Source: Candidatus Saccharimonadales bacterium
GTDB taxonomy: Bacteria > Patescibacteriota > Saccharimonadia > Saccharimonadales > EFPC-124
DNA: 64,000 nucleotides
Direction: 5' to 3'
NCBI GenBank assembly: GCA_050730875.1
Contig: JBOHNX010000001.1
Span: 77,827 to 141,826 of the forward strand
Shown: positions 60,350 to 64,000 of the stretch, piece after piece
How positions within the stretch are numbered: the stretch's first letter is position 1
Layout of the letters: every line of letters begins with the position of its first letter
Notes under the pieces: model-generated
Told to the model about the DNA's origin: nothing
What the model saw: the letters and a program-made list of their open reading frames with translations, nothing else
The model's database searches: none
Made by a program: the position numbers and the translations under genes

Positions 60350-61237
60350 ATGAATAAAACACCACAACAACTCCATCGTCCGGTTTTACTTAAGGCAGTG
60401 CTCGACGTGCTTCAACCGAAAAAAGGGGAGAAATACCTCGATTTAACGGCTGGATACGGCGGTCACGCTACTGCTGTAATCCAAGAAATTGGTGCAGCTG
60501 GTTTAGCGACGTTGGTTGATCGAGACGACATGGCAATTGCCGCCCTGCAGAAACTGCGAGCGGCTGGTGCTCATATCCTAAAATCGGATTTTGCATCGGC
60601 AGCGGAACAGTTGCACGCCAGTGGCGAGCAGTTTGACTTAATTCTCATCGATCTTGGTGTGTCGTCACCACAACTAGACAACGCCGAGCGCGGCTTCAGC
60701 TTTATGCAGGAAGGTCCGCTCGATATGCGCATGGACCCGACCACGGGCTTTAGTGCGGCCGATTTGGTCAATAAAGCATCGGTGGACGAGCTCATTCGCA
60801 TACTGCGCGAGTACGGCGAAGAGCCAAAAGCCCCAAAAATTGCTCAGGCAATTGTACGGGCAAGACCGCTCAAAACGACCGCCCAGCTCGCTGACGTTGT
60901 CGCTAAGACTCATCGTGGCGGATGGCAGAAAACCCATCCCGCAACGCGCACCTTTCAAGCACTCCGCATTGCAGTGAATGATGAGCTGCAACAAGTTAAT
61001 CGGACGCTACCGCTGTTACCAGAGTTATTGAAGCCTGGTGGGCGAGTGGCAGTAATCAGCTTCCATAGCCTGGAGGACCGTTTAGTAAAACGGTACTTTA
61101 AGGAACAGGCCGAAGCTGGCTACGAAGCAACTTTACAGCTCATTACCAAGCAGCCGATTAGCGGAGCAACCGACGACGTTTACAATCCGCGTGCACGCAG
61201 CGCAAAACTGCGAGCCGCCGTAAAAATAAACAAATAA
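60350..61237 (+). CDS. rsmH: 16S rRNA (cytosine1402-N4)-methyltransferase RsmH (MraW)
   Basis: HRPVLLKAVLDVL, DLTAGYGGHA, IDLGVSSPQLD, RGFSF, GPLDMRMD, and ISFHSLEDRLVK. Confidence 0.95.
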   Translation: MNKTPQQLHRPVLLKAVLDVLQPKKGEKYLDLTAGYGGHATAVIQEIGAAGLATLVDRDDMAIAALQKLRAAGAHILKSDFASAAEQLHASGEQFDLILIDLGVSSPQLDNAERGFSFMQEGPLDMRMDPTTGFSAADLVNKASVDELIRILREYGEEPKAPKIAQAIVRARPLKTTAQLADVVAKTHRGGWQKTHPATRTFQALRIAVNDELQQVNRTLPLLPELLKPGGRVAVISFHSLEDRLVKRYFKEQAEAGYEATLQLITKQPISGATDDVYNPRARSAKLRAAVKINK

Positions 61238-61395
61238 AGGAGTTACCATGCCACTTAAGGTAAAGGTAACTGGCATTTCTCGCACCTACCGCGTGACCGT
61301 TAATCACGTATAGGGCAAAAAATCCAAAAAAGCTGCGCAGATGTTCCACCAAACATCTGCGTGGCACCAAAATAAAAAGTAAGAGATAGCACCAC

Positions 61396-61752
61396 ATGTC
61401 TCAGACATACAACTTGAGCCTACCACGCCGAGATGCGCGCCAAAGCTGGCGACGTAATCAGAACACGGTGAAATTTCAAACCGGTATTTCGCTGGGTCCT
61501 GTTAGCCACACTGTTATTATTGCTGTGATGCTCGCGGTGCTTGGTTTGATTTATCTGACGCAAATTACCAAGACAAGCACATATGGATATCAGATAAACG
61601 AGCTCAACACTCAGAAAGAAGAGCTCCTCAGCGAAAAGCGTGATCTCGAGGTAGAAACAGCGCGTTTGCAGGCACTAGAACGCGTTCAGCAAAGCGATGT
61701 AGCGAAAGCTCTCGAAACACCAAGCCAAACCGATTACGCACGCACAAACTAG
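61396..61752 (+). CDS. FtsL-like bitopic cell-division protein
   Basis: Position between rsmH and ftsI. One TM (VIIAVMLAVLGLIYL) followed by a coiled coil (INELNTQKEELLSEKRDLEVETARLQALE). Confidence 0.65.
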   Translation: MSQTYNLSLPRRDARQSWRRNQNTVKFQTGISLGPVSHTVIIAVMLAVLGLIYLTQITKTSTYGYQINELNTQKEELLSEKRDLEVETARLQALERVQQSDVAKALETPSQTDYARTN

Positions 61753-61779
61753 GCGCCAAAGAAGCGCAGCAGAAATTTT

Positions 61780-63531
61780 ATGGAGCGATCAGCCTCACTA
61801 CCAAGCCGTAGCCGTCTCATTGTAGCCCTGATGTGTCTCATTGGGGCAATTTTTGTAGTGCGGTTATTTTACTTGCAGGTGATTCAGCACGAATATTACG
61901 AAGCTGAGGCGCTTAAAGAGCATGTCAGCAAATTTACTATCCCGGCAAAGCGCGGGCTTATTTACGCGCACGATGGCACCGACAAGTTTGCTCCGCTGGT
62001 GCTCAACGAGCCGATGTACACCGTATACGCCGATCCGCGCTATGTTAAAGATGTCGACAAAACCGTAAATGTACTTCGGCGCATTGCTGGCGGTAATGTG
62101 GTGGATAATTTTGAAAATTCTTTGCGCGATAAAGAACGTCAGTACGCGGTGCTTGCGCGCCAGGTAAACAAAACGCAGGCCGATCTTCTAGAGAAAGAGG
62201 ACTTGCCTGGTGTTGGTTTGCAAGAATCTGACAAGCGTGTGTACCCCGAGGGCCAGCTGGCAGCACATGTGCTCGGCTTTGTGAATGGGGAAGGGCAGGG
62301 GCAGTACGGCGTCGAACAGGCGCTCAACGACGAACTTTCCGGCAAACCTGGCCAGTTGAAGGCGGTAACCGATGTGTACGGCATACCGATTTCAATTGGT
62401 GACGAAAATATTCAAACACCTGCCAAACAGGGGAAGGACTTGGTGCTTTCGCTCGACCGCAACGTCCAAGCCTATGCCGAACAGGCGCTGAAAGCGGGGC
62501 TGGAACGCGCTAAGGCCACGCGAGGCAGCGTTATTGTGATGAATCCGAATAACGGCCATGTCATGGCCATGGCGAACCTGCCAACCTACAATCCTAATGA
62601 GTACAGCAAGGTGAAGGACTTCCACGCTTTCCAGAACAGGGCAATTAGCGATCCATACGAGCCAGGTTCGGTTATGAAAGCCTTCACCATGGGTACGGGC
62701 CTTAACGAGAACACTGTGCAGCCCAATTCGACCTTCAACAATACTGGGTCGACAAAAGTAAGGGATAGAACAATTAAAAACGTGCTTACTAGTCCGCAGG
62801 GGAATGTGACCATGACGCAGGTGCTCGAATATTCCTTTAACACTGGTGTCGTGCATGTGCTGCGTACGCTCGGCGGCGGTGAAATTAATCCTACGGCTAA
62901 GCAAAAGCTCTACCAGTACTTTACCGACCATTTCTTCCTTGGTCGAAAGACTGATATCTCGCTGGCGGGTGAGGCAACCGGCGAAATTGTGCCACCAGAT
63001 ACCGTCGCTGGTGGCGATGTCCGCTATGCAAACATGTCGTTTGGCCAGGGCATGACAGCTACCTTGCTGCAAGTTTCGGCTGGGCTTTCGGCGGCAGTGA
63101 ATGGCGGCACATACTACACGCCGCAGGTTGTAAGCGGTCATCTAAATGAAAAAGAGAAGTTTGTGCCCAAGCAACCCGAAATTCGCAAAGCAAATGTGCT
63201 AACAGGTGAGTCATCGCAAAAATTGCGCGGTATGCTGCACGACGCACGCAGCAGAAGTTTTCTTGGGCACGGCGACAAGCCTGGTTACACCATTGGCGGT
63301 AAAACCGGCACGGCGCAGGTATTCGACCCTAAAACGGGTACGTACAGTGAAACCGAAACCATCGGCAGTTACCTTGGTTTCGGGGGTCAAGATAAGCCGG
63401 AATATGTCATAATGGTACGAGTGGATGACGCACATATTAGCGGCTATTCAGGATCAGCCGCTGCTGCGCCAATCTTTACAGATATTTCAAACTGGATGCT
63501 CGATTATCTACAAATACAACCAAAAGGCTAA
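61780..63531 (+). CDS. ftsI: Class B penicillin-binding protein (FtsI/PBP2-type transpeptidase)
   Basis: TM anchor and PBP dimerisation domain. SVMKAF (SxxK), SFN (SxN) and GKTGTA (KTG). Confidence 0.9.
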   Translation: MERSASLPSRSRLIVALMCLIGAIFVVRLFYLQVIQHEYYEAEALKEHVSKFTIPAKRGLIYAHDGTDKFAPLVLNEPMYTVYADPRYVKDVDKTVNVLRRIAGGNVVDNFENSLRDKERQYAVLARQVNKTQADLLEKEDLPGVGLQESDKRVYPEGQLAAHVLGFVNGEGQGQYGVEQALNDELSGKPGQLKAVTDVYGIPISIGDENIQTPAKQGKDLVLSLDRNVQAYAEQALKAGLERAKATRGSVIVMNPNNGHVMAMANLPTYNPNEYSKVKDFHAFQNRAISDPYEPGSVMKAFTMGTGLNENTVQPNSTFNNTGSTKVRDRTIKNVLTSPQGNVTMTQVLEYSFNTGVVHVLRTLGGGEINPTAKQKLYQYFTDHFFLGRKTDISLAGEATGEIVPPDTVAGGDVRYANMSFGQGMTATLLQVSAGLSAAVNGGTYYTPQVVSGHLNEKEKFVPKQPEIRKANVLTGESSQKLRGMLHDARSRSFLGHGDKPGYTIGGKTGTAQVFDPKTGTYSETETIGSYLGFGGQDKPEYVIMVRVDDAHISGYSGSAAAAPIFTDISNWMLDYLQIQPKG

Positions 63532-63540
63532 AGGACGGTC

Positions 63541-64000
63541 ATGAACATCATCTCGCCTCAATTTATACAAGAACTAACCCTCATTTTTGCCTTAAGTTTT
63601 GGTGGTTTTACGCTGAGTATGTTGCTGACGCCCGTTTACACCTTTTTTGCATATCGCTATAAGTTTTGGAAGATCCAGCGTACCACTGCAACAACGGGTG
63701 AGGCAGCTCCAGTTTTTGCAAAATTACACGCTGCAAAACATCGTCGTCATATACCAACCATGGCGGGCATAATTTTTGTGGCGGTTATTGCTGTTACGAC
63801 ATTACTGTTCAACCTCGATCGGCAGCAGACATGGCTCCTGCTGGCTGCACTACTAGGTGGTGCATTTGTCGGTTTGATCGATGATATTATTAACATTCGC
63901 GGCTTAGGCGGGGGCGTTAAAGGTCTTCGCACCTCTTTGAAATTTGCCATGATCACCGCTGTTGGCGCACTTGGTGCCTGGTTCTTTTTCTACAAGCTTG
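63541..64000 (+). CDS. mraY: Phospho-N-acetylmuramoyl-pentapeptide transferase MraY, 3'-truncated by window edge
   Basis: Own translation from ATG 63541: MNIISPQFIQELTLIFALSF...HAAKHRRHIPTMAGIIFV...GAFVGLIDDIINIRG. Not in the track because there is no stop within the window. Confidence 0.9.
   Translation, partial: MNIISPQFIQELTLIFALSFGGFTLSMLLTPVYTFFAYRYKFWKIQRTTATTGEAAPVFAKLHAAKHRRHIPTMAGIIFVAVIAVTTLLFNLDRQQTWLLLAALLGGAFVGLIDDIINIRGLGGGVKGLRTSLKFAMITAVGALGAWFFFYKL

Noticed and set aside
62392-63141. Minus-strand 249-aa ORF inside ftsI, and similar large antisense ORFs (45540..46205, 36384..36848, 20407..20972, 57006..57497)
   Set aside because: All are antisense to genes with unambiguous catalytic motifs (PBP SxxK/SxN/KTG, XseA, MscS, MetK, YvcK). 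Their composition is Arg/Ser/Cys-rich.
1-64000. tRNA, rRNA, CRISPR arrays, IS elements and integrases
   Set aside because: Reading all intergenic regions longer than 60 nt, I found no tRNA T-arm or cloverleaf signatures, no rRNA-like stretches and no short direct-repeat/spacer arrays. No transposase or integrase motifs appear in any ORF.

Overview
Gene-dense segment, mostly on the + strand, from a reduced-genome monoderm-type bacterium. The gene content, the many 1-4 nt ATGA/GTGA gene overlaps and the absence of biosynthetic operons suggest a Saccharibacteria/CPR-like or related Terrabacteria lineage; this is inference only. The backbone is housekeeping. Translation genes are prfA-prmC-rpmE, rpsB-tsf, frr-uppS-rseP, proS, greA, lysS, serS, hpf, secA, prfB, glyQS and rpmA. 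Envelope and division genes are lepB, an LCP enzyme, htrA, murD, ftsE-ftsX followed by a coiled-coil CHAP hydrolase and ctpA, and mraZ-rsmH-ftsL-ftsI-mraY. metK sits behind a SAM-I-clan riboswitch, and xseAB, recO and radC are present. I found no rRNA, tRNA, CRISPR array, transposase or integrase. Six things stand out. (1) Small compositionally deviant islets: a secreted lipase module with a frame break at AAAAAG runs, an AT-rich orphan, a very GC-rich helical-repeat gene and a GC-rich orphan. (2) Several long, register-symmetric intergenic hairpins with 12-21 bp perfect closing stems, starting just after stop codons and exposing CCUCC-type motifs, plus a tandem CCUCC/A-run tract in an unusually long mraZ-rsmH spacer. 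(3) A phased array of GTGGGTAG boxes over the mraZ promoter. (4) Many genes whose -10 box ends 6-9 nt before the start codon, which fits leaderless mRNAs. (5) A frameshifted galU-like gene. (6) Atypical extensions on LepB, L31 and SecA, and a WhiB-like gene. No database search was possible, so every family assignment rests on motifs read by eye.
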